From an uncultured Acidimicrobiia bacterium (GTDB lineage: Bacteria > Acidobacteriota > Terriglobia > Versatilivoradales > Versatilivoraceae): a stretch of DNA of 64,000 nt. Positions within the stretch are counted from its first letter, which is position 1. Each line of letters starts with the position of its first letter. The position numbers and the translations under genes are program-made. The notes beneath the pieces were generated by a model that saw nothing but the letters and a program-made list of their open reading frames with translations, ran no database searches and had not been told where the DNA came from. Shown one piece after another: positions 40,092 through 49,308 of the stretch. Where the stretch lies: contig CAWBAT010000004.1 in the NCBI GenBank assembly GCA_963786955.1, forward strand, positions 648,495-712,494. Reading direction: 5' to 3'.

Positions 40092-41153
40092 TCAGATCTT
40101 GGGCACGAGTCCTAGAACCTTACTAAAACGGTAGAGTTTTGACTGCTTGAGCCTTTCCAGCTTGGCCTGACAAAGGCCTAATTCATTGTTTAGGCGAAGC
40201 GCCCACTCAGTTCTTTCATCATATTCCCTCTGGAGCTGGGTGATCTGTTCGTCCCTTTGCCTTAGGTCATCCGATAGGCGATTGGCCCAGTCCGTCCTCT
40301 CCAAAAACTCCTGATGGCACTTAGTCAGTTGGGCAGTGCTCTCTTCAACTTGTTGGTCATATTCTTTTTGTAGCGTTAATATTCTTCTATCGAGTTCTTT
40401 AATCCGGGATTCCAGTTCACCAATCCACTCCTCTTTTTCCCTCAGGAGATTGGCTGTAGAAGGTAAAAAGAGCAAATTCTGATATGGGGGGATGCGCCCT
40501 GCTTTCTTGGCACATACCGCCAGGAAAAAGTTCGAAGTGGTCTTCCATTTGGGATCAAGTCTCTCAATGTGAGTGTTTAGCGCTCTGGAAGGTTCAGGGT
40601 CCCCCAAGAAGATAGAGGAGACTTGATTCTGAAAACAGATTTCAACCTCCTCAAAACATCGCTTCAAGTAGGACGAGAATTCTTCATGGTCGAACTCATG
40701 CATGTGGTAAGGGTTAATTTCCTGCCGTTCTTCCGTGTAATAGAGCCGATTGGGCGTGGAAATCACCAAAAGTCCATCCTGCTTCAAAACTCGGGATATT
40801 TCATCGAGCAGACGTTCTTGCTCAGAAAGATGTTCCACAACTTCGAAACAGACCACCAGATCTAGACTTTCCGATCTTACAGGTAGTTGAGTGCAGTTTG
40901 CCACGAGGAAGTCTATTCCCGGTTGCGCATAGTTTTCACGCGCATAAGCAATCGTTTCCCTGGAGATGTCAACTGCAAAGACACTCATGGCGGACTCCGC
41001 TAGAATAGCCGAGCCATAGCCAGTCCCGCACCCGAGGTCTAACACTTGTCGTGAGGACGCGAAACCACGGGCGAACAAGTATCTGGAAAGGTGCTCGTTC
41101 AATAAGTCGGGCTCGACCTTGCCAGGGACAACGCGCTCGCCGGTAAACTCCAT
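40092..41153 (-). CDS. WbdD-like methyltransferase with a C-terminal coiled-coil
   Basis: 353 aa. Methyltransferase motif I VLDLGCGTGYGS and motif II-like LVVCFEVVEHL. A roughly 110-aa heptad-rich tail follows (...IKELDRRILTLQKEYDQQ...ITQLQREYDERTEWALRLNNELGLCQAKLERLKQ). Resemblance to E. coli O9a WbdD architecture is from established knowledge. Confidence 0.6.
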   Translation of the reverse strand: MEFTGERVVPGKVEPDLLNEHLSRYLFARGFASSRQVLDLGCGTGYGSAILAESAMSVFAVDISRETIAYARENYAQPGIDFLVANCTQLPVRSESLDLVVCFEVVEHLSEQERLLDEISRVLKQDGLLVISTPNRLYYTEERQEINPYHMHEFDHEEFSSYLKRCFEEVEICFQNQVSSIFLGDPEPSRALNTHIERLDPKWKTTSNFFLAVCAKKAGRIPPYQNLLFLPSTANLLREKEEWIGELESRIKELDRRILTLQKEYDQQVEESTAQLTKCHQEFLERTDWANRLSDDLRQRDEQITQLQREYDERTEWALRLNNELGLCQAKLERLKQSKLYRFSKVLGLVPKI

Positions 41154-41175
41154 AGAAACCTCGTACTTTTACCTT

Positions 41176-42471
41176 TTACACCAACAAATGATTTGAAGAG
41201 ACGTGGACTAACTCGATCTGACAATCAAATCTCATATAACCATATACCGGCAGGCGCTGCTTTACCGACAGCAAGATTGCGTTGTCGATCCAATCGCAAA
41301 TGACATTGTCCAGGTGGGTCCCATTCGCCACAGCGAGTGAAAAGTAATAGTTTCCAGGATGCAAATAGGGCACTTGAACACGGAAATCCACCGTATAGAT
41401 CTGGAACCCGTCTGCCGGGGGTAAGACAATGCCTTCGGCAGAGGTATTAATTCCAGCGATATCTTCCCCCAGGCGATTCCTCATGAGGAATCCCACAATC
41501 GGGTGAGGGAGTGAGCGATTAAATTTAATCGAGACCCTGACGGTCAATGAATCTCCATGAGTGAGGCTATCGCACGGGCACCCTTGGCCGTCCAATAACT
41601 GAACTCCGAGGATTTCCGCCTGTCCATTTCCCCAGCGGCGGTCAATATTCGGGAGGGACTGCACAATGAGATCGGAAGGGCCGATAGAATCCGGTCGTGG
41701 AGGCAACGAGGCTCGTTCCCCCTGCAAAGTCGCAAAGGGATCTTTTCGCTGTGTGATCTCTGCCAGGTAATGGCCAACAACTTCGTCCGGGTTGCCGACT
41801 TCTTTCACCCTGCCGTGATCCAGCCATACGGCTGATTCGCAAAGATTCTTGACTGCAGTCATATCATGAGAAACAAACAAAATGGTCTTCCCCTCTTCCT
41901 TCATCTGGCGAAGCTTGCGGATGCAGCGCTGCTGAAAGTAAACATCCCCCACGGACAACGACTCGTCGACGAGGAGTATTTCCGGATCAACATGAATCGA
42001 AACTGCAAAAGCCAAGCGGACGTACATGCCACTTGAGTATGTTTTGACCGGTTTATTGATAAATTCTCCAATCTCCGCAAATCGCTCAATATCAGGAAAC
42101 TTTTCTTCAATTTCAGAGGTGGAAAGACCCATAATCGCCGCATTGAGAAAGACATTTTCCCGCCCAGAAAATTCCGGATTAAATCCCGCCCCCAATTCCA
42201 ACAGTGCAGCGACTCTTCCGCCGAGAGACACTTGCCCCGAGGTAGGCTGCAGTGTCCCGGCAATGATTTGAAGCAAAGTGCTCTTGCCAGAGCCATTCTC
42301 CCCAATAACCCCAAACGTCGTCCCTCTTCTGACAGTGAAGGTAACATCCGAGAGAGCCCAAAAATCCGTGTGATATTTTTTTCGCCTTTGGAAAAGTTCC
42401 TTTAGCCTGTCGACAGGTTTTGAATAGATCCTGTAGTTTTTGAAGACTCTTTCAACGTTGACGGCGTCCAT
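41176..42471 (-). CDS. wzt: O-antigen/glycan ABC exporter ATP-binding protein Wzt with a C-terminal carbohydrate-binding extension
   Basis: True start is the ATG at 42471 (MDAVNVERVF...), overlapping the wzm stop (TGATG); the longer track ORF is rejected. Walker A GENGSGKST, signature LSVGD, Walker B ILLVDE, plus a ~170-aa beta-rich C-terminal domain. Confidence 0.8.
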   Translation of the reverse strand: MDAVNVERVFKNYRIYSKPVDRLKELFQRRKKYHTDFWALSDVTFTVRRGTTFGVIGENGSGKSTLLQIIAGTLQPTSGQVSLGGRVAALLELGAGFNPEFSGRENVFLNAAIMGLSTSEIEEKFPDIERFAEIGEFINKPVKTYSSGMYVRLAFAVSIHVDPEILLVDESLSVGDVYFQQRCIRKLRQMKEEGKTILFVSHDMTAVKNLCESAVWLDHGRVKEVGNPDEVVGHYLAEITQRKDPFATLQGERASLPPRPDSIGPSDLIVQSLPNIDRRWGNGQAEILGVQLLDGQGCPCDSLTHGDSLTVRVSIKFNRSLPHPIVGFLMRNRLGEDIAGINTSAEGIVLPPADGFQIYTVDFRVQVPYLHPGNYYFSLAVANGTHLDNVICDWIDNAILLSVKQRLPVYGYMRFDCQIELVHVSSNHLLV

Positions 42472-43292
42472 CACAACACGTCCGCAAAACTGCGTTTGGA
42501 GTATTTGAAGAATAGCCCACCCCCAATAAAAACAGCGATGGCCACTGCATAAAGCAGCAGTAATGACGCCAGGTGGGGAAGTTCGTGGTTGAGCAGGCAA
42601 TTGCGATATGCGGTCACCACAGCAGCGAGAGGGTTGAGTTGCATGACAATTCTCAAATTTTGCGGGAGTCTCTGCTCGTCGAAAAAAATAGGCGTAAACC
42701 AGAACCAAAAAGTCAGGACAACCGTCAGGATTTGGGCCGTGTCCCTTAAAAATACCTGCACACTCGCGAGAAACCAGCTCAGTCCCAAAGCGAACAACGA
42801 GAGCGCAAAAAGATAGACGGGAATGAGGATGATCATCCAACTGAACGATTGCAGATAAAAGAAGCAAACGATCTGGAATATCCCCAGTCCGATGAAATGG
42901 TTGACGAGATTCGCAATCAGTACCGAGACGGGCAGGATTTCGGACGGAAAGAGAGTCTTGGTAATGAGATTGGAGTGGTCAACAAGAATATTGCTTGAAC
43001 GCGTCAACGTTTCCTGGAAGACCAGCCAGGGGAGTATTCCGCAGAACAGGTAAATGGCAAAGCTCGAAGTTCCCGCCTCTGGACCCAGTCTTTGTTTCAT
43101 GATAATGGAAAACACAAAAGTGTAGCTGGCAAGCAATACGAGAGGATGGATCACTGACCAAAATAGACCCATCGCGGACCCGACATACCGGCTCCTCAGG
43201 TCGCGAATAACCAAATTCTTGATTAACCCGCGATGCCGGATCAATTTTCCAATGAAGTTAAAACCGGTTTGTAGGTATGTCACCGAGGACAT
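42471..43292 (-). CDS. wzm: ABC-2 type glycan exporter permease Wzm
   Basis: 273 aa. Six TM helices typical of ABC-2 permeases. Confidence 0.8.
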   Translation of the reverse strand: MSSVTYLQTGFNFIGKLIRHRGLIKNLVIRDLRSRYVGSAMGLFWSVIHPLVLLASYTFVFSIIMKQRLGPEAGTSSFAIYLFCGILPWLVFQETLTRSSNILVDHSNLITKTLFPSEILPVSVLIANLVNHFIGLGIFQIVCFFYLQSFSWMIILIPVYLFALSLFALGLSWFLASVQVFLRDTAQILTVVLTFWFWFTPIFFDEQRLPQNLRIVMQLNPLAAVVTAYRNCLLNHELPHLASLLLLYAVAIAVFIGGGLFFKYSKRSFADVL

Positions 43293-43669
43293 GAAATGCT
43301 TTGGATGGCTATGTCTCTTAGTTCTTGGGAATATAGGGGAGCCACGAAATTATTAGGCGACAGACCACGAGCATGAAATCCATCAGGACCCCGGCCGCTA
43401 CAGAACCGACCCAATCATGTGTCGTGCCTGGCCTAAAGAGGTGTTTCCGTACGGGCTGTTGCAAGCCCTATCCCGCATCATTCAACAAAGTATCAGGAGT
43501 TGCGGAAACTAATCAAAGCGTACGAGTGCCGGGGGAAAAGGGTCCTCTGCAGCCATGCGACCCCATAATTCCTCCCGGTATCAATTTTACAATGTTGCTT
43601 GAACGCTAGTATTACTGGCTGGAGTGTCTCCATTGGGAACTGCGATCCGCCAGCACGGTTCGGCAAGAA

Positions 43670-44002
43670 CTAAGCAACATCTTTTTCCCCGGTGCGAATG
43701 TTGTATCCTTGCTCAACCGGAAGGACAAAAATCCGACCATCTCCAATCTCACCTGTTCGAGCGGTTTCAATAACCACCTTGACAACTTCGTCGACGAGAT
43801 CATCGGTGAGCACCATTTCGATCATCATCTTCGGCAGGAGAGTTACGCTATATTCCCGACCGCGATAAATGGCTTTGTGCCCCTTTTGTCTTCCGTGCCC
43901 GCGGACTTCCGTCACGGTCATCCCGGATACGTTGAGTTTGCCGAGGGCTTCCCGTACTTCCTCTAATTTGTTTGGCCGGATAATGCACTTCACGAGTTTC
44001 AT
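43670..44002 (-). CDS. glnB: Nitrogen regulatory protein P-II
   Basis: 110 aa. MKLVKCIIRPNKLEEV...T-loop RYRGREY...GDGRIFVLP. Near-canonical PII sequence; the uridylylation-site Tyr is present (GREYSV). Confidence 0.9.
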   Translation of the reverse strand: MKLVKCIIRPNKLEEVREALGKLNVSGMTVTEVRGHGRQKGHKAIYRGREYSVTLLPKMMIEMVLTDDLVDEVVKVVIETARTGEIGDGRIFVLPVEQGYNIRTGEKDVA

Positions 44003-44238
44003 GGAGTTCCCCTTTTCGTGAGAGTATCGAGTCTCTTTGCAATGAATGGAGTTATTGAGTCACCTTCTGAGCAATTTCCCTGGGGTTCGGCTGAAAATCG
44101 TGCCACAGGATCACCTTCCGAAGCAATCCACGACTTCCTATAAAAGAGGGGCATCCAGAGTCCTCATCATCACGGAAGACAGGTTCTCCTTGGCACTCTG
44201 GTCAAGCTTACCGCCTCCTTGGGTCAGATAGAAAACAT

Positions 44239-46728
44239 CTATGGCCCGATTCCCTCAGTAGAAATAAGAGCCACTTCAATATTGCACGCGTTCTGAGCGA
44301 AAGTTCGGGCTATGGTTGAGAGCAAACCGTAACGATCGCGTGTGACAATCTCAACGATTGTATACTTCTCTGAAGAACGGTCATCAAAATTTATGAATGT
44401 TGCTACGGAACCCTTGTGTTTACGCTGGAAGAGGATACTACTTTCCCTTCGCTGGAGCAACTGAGATAAGCTCTCCTCCCCCCCTAAGACCCGTTGCAAC
44501 GTGAATCGAAAATTTTCAATTTCACTCTTGTTGAGTTTGAACGTTTGGAGTTCGTCTTCAAATTCTATGATGTCCAAAATCATTCCACGATTGTTCGCAA
44601 AAGCTTGGCCTCTCAAAATATTCATCCCAAAATAAGACAATACCCCGGTTAAGTCTGCAAATAGGAACGGACGATCGAAGGCCATGAGGCTCAATTCGAA
44701 AGTAGTACGGGACCGCACCAATTTGAAAGCTACATCATTCGGGGTCTTCAATTTCTCGGAGAGGCGAAAGTGGTCGGCAATCTTTCTCTTGGGCGTAAAA
44801 CGAAGATAGCGGCGGGGAAACCCATCCAGGAACACCCGAAGCTGATCTTTATAAGTCTCTGAGGCAGAGCCCAGTTGAGTGGCGACTTCTTGCATCAAAT
44901 TCCCATCGGCCTGTGTCCGCCAGCGATCATCTGCAAACTGGCGCGTCAGCTGAGCTTCGGTTTCAACATAAAGCTGCCACAGCAAATCTGCTTTCCAGGG
45001 GGTCAGCGCTTCAGAGCTGACTGCCTTGATATCCGCATAGGTTACAAGACAGAGCATCCGCAAATTCTCCTGAGACCCGACGAAATCCGCAAACCGTTTG
45101 ATCACGGATTCGTCGGTAATATCTCTTCTCTGAAAGGTCACGGACATCTCAAGATGGTTCTGAACCAGGAATTGGATCGTACTGGTCTCCTCCTCTAAGA
45201 TGCGAAGGCGGCTGGAAATCGCGTCGATCGCTCGCAAGCTGTTCTCACAATGGTTGCCGGGGTCTGCCTTCCCCACATCATGGAAAAGCATGGAGAACAA
45301 AACCAGGTCCGGTCGAGGAAGGGCTTTGAGAATCCCAGCAAAACGTCTTTCTTTGGCCTTCCTCGTGTGGTAGAGGTCTTCTAAATTCTTGATGGTCAAC
45401 AAAGAATGTTCGTCCACTGTATATTTGTGAAAGAAGTCCTGGATCACGTGACAGCGGATGCGGTCAAATTCCGGGAAAATAGCACCCAGTAATCCAATTT
45501 CATGCATTAACACGAGGGCTTGATAAATTCCTCTGGGTTGTTTGAGCAACTTCAAGAAGAGATCCCGCACTTCATTGGAACTACGGGTTTCTTCATCGAT
45601 CAGATCGAGGTGTTTCTTGACTTGATCTAAAGCCTGCTCGCTCACTGGGATCTGGTATTTCACCGAACGGCAAAACAACTTCAACATGTTGGCGGGGTGA
45701 TCGACAATGACCGCTTCACTCGGGAAACCGAGGGCCCCGCGACGGACTATGGTTGTGCTCCAGTGAGGGGACTGCAGCCTCCCGGCAGTTTTTCGGGTTG
45801 GAGGAAAGGCTCGCCGGATCATCGACTCTCTAAAGCCATAGATCGACTTGGCTCTCAGAAAATAGTCTTTCATCAGGCGCTCAACGGCAGAGCTACTTTC
45901 TCCCTCATAACCCAAGAGTCCAGCGATCTCAATCTGTAAGTCGTGCGAAAGCACATTCCGATTTCGCCCCGTAAGAAAATGTAAGTGGTTCCGAGCGAGC
46001 AGCAGAAATTGTTGTGCATCAACATTCCGAGAGAGTTCCTCTGTCGTCAAGAGATCATGGGCCGGGTAGTCTTCGAGGCGCTCGAGATCGAAAAGGATCC
46101 TTCCGATCCACCGCGACAACTGAAAATCGCGCAACCCGCCTGGCGCATCTTTGATGTCCGGCTCGAGTTGATAAATGGTTTCGTTGAATCGCTTATGCCT
46201 CTCTTCATTGGAAGCAATTAATGCTTTCAAGATCTCTTTCTTACGTCTCGAGAGAACACGAGGAAGCTCCTCGCTTTTGAAATATTGAAAAATCGTGTGT
46301 TCTCCGGCAATAAAGCGGATGTCCAACAGCGCTGTGGCAAGTTCCAAATTTCTCAACTCGAAATCATAATGTCTCAGCTGCAGGACATGCTGTCCGATGT
46401 TGAGTCCAAGGTCCCAAAGAGGATGAAGAAAGGCTCGGAGGAATTTCTCGTCGCTGGAAAGCAGCGGATTCTCGAAAAGTAAAATAATGTCCACATCGGA
46501 GTGAGGATGCAATTCACGTCGGCCAAATCCTCCCGTCGCCAATAAGGCAACCTTGCTTCCGCTTGCTTCCAGAAGCGGATGCGCCTCGGAGAACGAGTCA
46601 GAAACAACCTTCTCCATCAACTGGGTAACTTCGCCCAGAACCAGCCGCGCATCCCTGGACCCGATCAAGTGTTCCCTGATATCATTTAATTCTTGGTCGA
46701 ATTTTTCACGTTTCATGTCTTGAGCCAA
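44239..46728 (-). CDS. glnD: [Protein-PII] uridylyltransferase / uridylyl-removing enzyme GlnD
   Basis: 829 aa. N-terminal nucleotidyltransferase (GGFGRRELHPHSDVDI), HD domain (HDVGK), and two C-terminal ACT domains. Confidence 0.85.
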   Translation of the reverse strand: MAQDMKREKFDQELNDIREHLIGSRDARLVLGEVTQLMEKVVSDSFSEAHPLLEASGSKVALLATGGFGRRELHPHSDVDIILLFENPLLSSDEKFLRAFLHPLWDLGLNIGQHVLQLRHYDFELRNLELATALLDIRFIAGEHTIFQYFKSEELPRVLSRRKKEILKALIASNEERHKRFNETIYQLEPDIKDAPGGLRDFQLSRWIGRILFDLERLEDYPAHDLLTTEELSRNVDAQQFLLLARNHLHFLTGRNRNVLSHDLQIEIAGLLGYEGESSSAVERLMKDYFLRAKSIYGFRESMIRRAFPPTRKTAGRLQSPHWSTTIVRRGALGFPSEAVIVDHPANMLKLFCRSVKYQIPVSEQALDQVKKHLDLIDEETRSSNEVRDLFLKLLKQPRGIYQALVLMHEIGLLGAIFPEFDRIRCHVIQDFFHKYTVDEHSLLTIKNLEDLYHTRKAKERRFAGILKALPRPDLVLFSMLFHDVGKADPGNHCENSLRAIDAISSRLRILEEETSTIQFLVQNHLEMSVTFQRRDITDESVIKRFADFVGSQENLRMLCLVTYADIKAVSSEALTPWKADLLWQLYVETEAQLTRQFADDRWRTQADGNLMQEVATQLGSASETYKDQLRVFLDGFPRRYLRFTPKRKIADHFRLSEKLKTPNDVAFKLVRSRTTFELSLMAFDRPFLFADLTGVLSYFGMNILRGQAFANNRGMILDIIEFEDELQTFKLNKSEIENFRFTLQRVLGGEESLSQLLQRRESSILFQRKHKGSVATFINFDDRSSEKYTIVEIVTRDRYGLLSTIARTFAQNACNIEVALISTEGIGP

Positions 46729-46892
46729 CCGTGTTTTTTAGCCGACTTGAAAAGAATATGCAAGAACCATAGCAAAAGTGATGATTTCTGCGTGGAGTTA
46801 AAATCAGGGGATGTTGACAATCTGGGCAAGATAGAGGAAATTTTGTCTGTGAACACACATTGGAGAATCCATTCATTAGCAAGGAGAGAGCC

Positions 46893-47861
46893 ATGAAGGC
46901 GGTTAAAATTCACCAATTCGGGGGCCCAGACGTATTGTCCTTTGAAGACGCCGCCACCACTGAGCCAGGAAAAGGTAATGCTGCAGTTAACATCAAGGCG
47001 ATCGGCGTAAACTATATCGATATTTACCATCGGACCGGCCTCTACAAAGTCCCTGTTCCTTTCACTCCTGGCATGGAAGCTGCCGGCGTCGTCGAATCTG
47101 TCGGTCCGGGTGTAACGGATTTAAAGCCCGGAGACCGAGTTGGATATGCTATGGCCATTGGATCGTATGCAGAAAGAGCCATCGTGCCTTCCTGGCAACT
47201 CGTTAAACTACCAGAGGAAGTTAGTTTCGAGCTAGCCGCGGCAGGTCTTTTGCAAGGCATGACAGCGCATTACTTGACACAGACGACTTACCCAATCCAG
47301 AAAGGGGACACCGTGCTTATCCATGCAGCGGCCGGAGGCGCGGGTTTGCTCATCATCCAGATGGCAAAACAGCGGGGTGCTCGTGTCATTGGCACAGTCT
47401 CTTCCAGGGAAAAGGCCGAATTAGCCCGGGAGACTGGAGCAGATGAAGTCATTCTCTACACCGAAACTGATTTTGAAAGTGAGGTTAAAAGACTGACCGA
47501 AGGGAAAGGCGTCCCGGTTGTTTATGATTCCGTTGGAAAGACTACCTTCGAAAAGAGCTTGAATTGTCTTCGTACTAGAGGAATGTTGGTTTTGTTTGGG
47601 CAATCCAGTGGAGTGGTTCCTCCTTTCGATCCAGGGATTTTGGCCTCCAAGGGCTCATTGTTCTTGACCCGGCCTTCCTTGGGTCACTATACCCTAACCC
47701 AAGAGGAACTCCTTTGGCGGGCAAGAGATATCTTAAATTGGACCTCTTCCGGGAAACTTAAGATCCGTATTCACCAGACATATCCTCTTGCCGAAGCTGC
47801 TGCGGCCCATCGTCATCTGGAGTCACGACAGTCCACCGGCAAATTGCTGTTGATCCCCTGA
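46893..47861 (+). CDS. NADPH:quinone oxidoreductase / zinc-type alcohol dehydrogenase-like (MDR family)
   Basis: Start at MKAVKIHQFGGPDVL. GxGxxG-like AAGGAGLLIIQ nucleotide-binding motif. Confidence 0.8.
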   Translation: MKAVKIHQFGGPDVLSFEDAATTEPGKGNAAVNIKAIGVNYIDIYHRTGLYKVPVPFTPGMEAAGVVESVGPGVTDLKPGDRVGYAMAIGSYAERAIVPSWQLVKLPEEVSFELAAAGLLQGMTAHYLTQTTYPIQKGDTVLIHAAAGGAGLLIIQMAKQRGARVIGTVSSREKAELARETGADEVILYTETDFESEVKRLTEGKGVPVVYDSVGKTTFEKSLNCLRTRGMLVLFGQSSGVVPPFDPGILASKGSLFLTRPSLGHYTLTQEELLWRARDILNWTSSGKLKIRIHQTYPLAEAAAAHRHLESRQSTGKLLLIP

Positions 47862-47975
47862 ACTTTCCGTGGACTTACCAAGTGGAAAGCTCTCGCGCGA
47901 CGGGAGGCAAAAAGGCCTGAAGAGCTAGTTCATCCATGATTCGGCTTGGTTGGCCTACAAGATCTTTGTAAATTC

Positions 47976-48464
47976 TTATTTTTCAGAGCGTCTTTTTCTG
48001 CTCAACACCTGCTGAAGGGCATAACTGTCAGGATCCGATAACATCAGAATTGAACTGAGAGCCAGGAAGAAAAAATTTCTCATGAGACTCAATGGCCCGA
48101 TCATTTCCCCCCCAGAGGCAAAGCACCCACAATGAATATTAAGCCCCCGAAATAGGGCTGTGCTCATGGCAGCGATGAAGGTCACAAACAACCCACTGCT
48201 GAGGATGGCAACGCTCCGGGTGAAAACTCCAAGAAGCAAGAAGACGCCACAAAACCATTCAACCCATGGAAGCGTGGCAGCAGCATACCTCACCCACTGA
48301 GGGGACGGAATGAGCTGATAAGCAACCAAATTCTCGGCAAAGGACTGAGGATCCAAGATTTTTCCGAAGCTGGAAACGAAAAAAACGATTCCCAATAATA
48401 GGCGAACAGAGAAAAGGGTTTTCGGATGAGCAAGAATTTCCCTCAACTTATTTTCGTGCTGCAT
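47976..48464 (-). CDS. MauE/DoxX-family membrane protein
   Basis: Start at MQHENKLREIL. Four TM helices and the HCGCF motif typical of the MauE/DoxX family. The upstream part of the track ORF overlaps the rhodanese gene out of frame. Confidence 0.55.
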   Translation of the reverse strand: MQHENKLREILAHPKTLFSVRLLLGIVFFVSSFGKILDPQSFAENLVAYQLIPSPQWVRYAAATLPWVEWFCGVFLLLGVFTRSVAILSSGLFVTFIAAMSTALFRGLNIHCGCFASGGEMIGPLSLMRNFFFLALSSILMLSDPDSYALQQVLSRKRRSEK

Positions 48465-49065
48465 TTTTTCCGCTTCCTCTTTCGACTGGATTCCCACCGA
48501 GAAACCATTCTGAATAGCCGCCAAAATAGATCTTGAGCCGCTTAAATCCCTTCTTGGCAAGCGATCCCGCCAAAATCTGCGCCAAGCTACAGTCGTGCCC
48601 CCCGCAATAAACCGCCAATAATTGGTCATGAGTGACTTGAGCGGCGAACTGTGGAAAAAAAGTCTCCATTTCTAAGGCAGGAAGATTGTATGCGCCAGGG
48701 ATATGCCCTGCTTCAAAATCCTTTACCGCTCGGCCATCGACCAACACGACTCCTCCGCTTGAAACAAGGGTTTTAAGTTCGCCCAACTCAACTCGCTCCG
48801 GGGTAACGGAAGTTTTGGGCGGCGAATCATCAATCGGTACGAAGATAGAGTGACCGTCCACTTGTTTCATTGTGAAAGTCCTTTTCTCTGGCCCCCTCAG
48901 AAATGGGCGATTGATTAAAACACCGATCCAAGCCGATCCGGCTATGAGAATGGAAATGACGATGAGAACTTTTAAAATGCCTGAGGCGTTTATCCGAGTC
49001 ATGATCTCTTCCCAAACCGCTTTCTGGAAATAGTCCCTTAGCCTCGTGCGGGAAAGGGGGGCCAT
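48448..49065 (-). CDS. Membrane-anchored rhodanese-domain sulfurtransferase
   Basis: N-terminal TM helix and a rhodanese fold with active-site CGGHDCS. Confidence 0.6.
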   Translation of the reverse strand: MAPLSRTRLRDYFQKAVWEEIMTRINASGILKVLIVISILIAGSAWIGVLINRPFLRGPEKRTFTMKQVDGHSIFVPIDDSPPKTSVTPERVELGELKTLVSSGGVVLVDGRAVKDFEAGHIPGAYNLPALEMETFFPQFAAQVTHDQLLAVYCGGHDCSLAQILAGSLAKKGFKRLKIYFGGYSEWFLGGNPVERGSGKNAARK

Positions 49066-49308
49066 GGTTCACATCATCGGTATCACCGCAAGTTTGCTTT
49101 AACATCCATCAGTTGAATCATTCCCTCTAATATTCATCCGATAAATATAAGAAGTGTCTGGGACGATTGAGGGAAAATCGAAAGATTCTTAAAGTTAAGC
49201 ACAATCGTTTGTCCATTCAAAATGTGCTATATTCTCATCCTCAAGTCATCGCGAATGAGATTTTACTAAAGTCTCCAGCCAGTAGGTCGAATAGCTAGAA
49301 CGAGTTAA

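Noticed and set aside
41176-42867. 563-aa version of the Wzt ORF
   Set aside because: The upstream 132 codons overlap wzm out of frame. The ATG at 42471 (MDAVNVERVF...) gives a canonical Wzt N-terminus and a TGATG stop-start junction with wzm.
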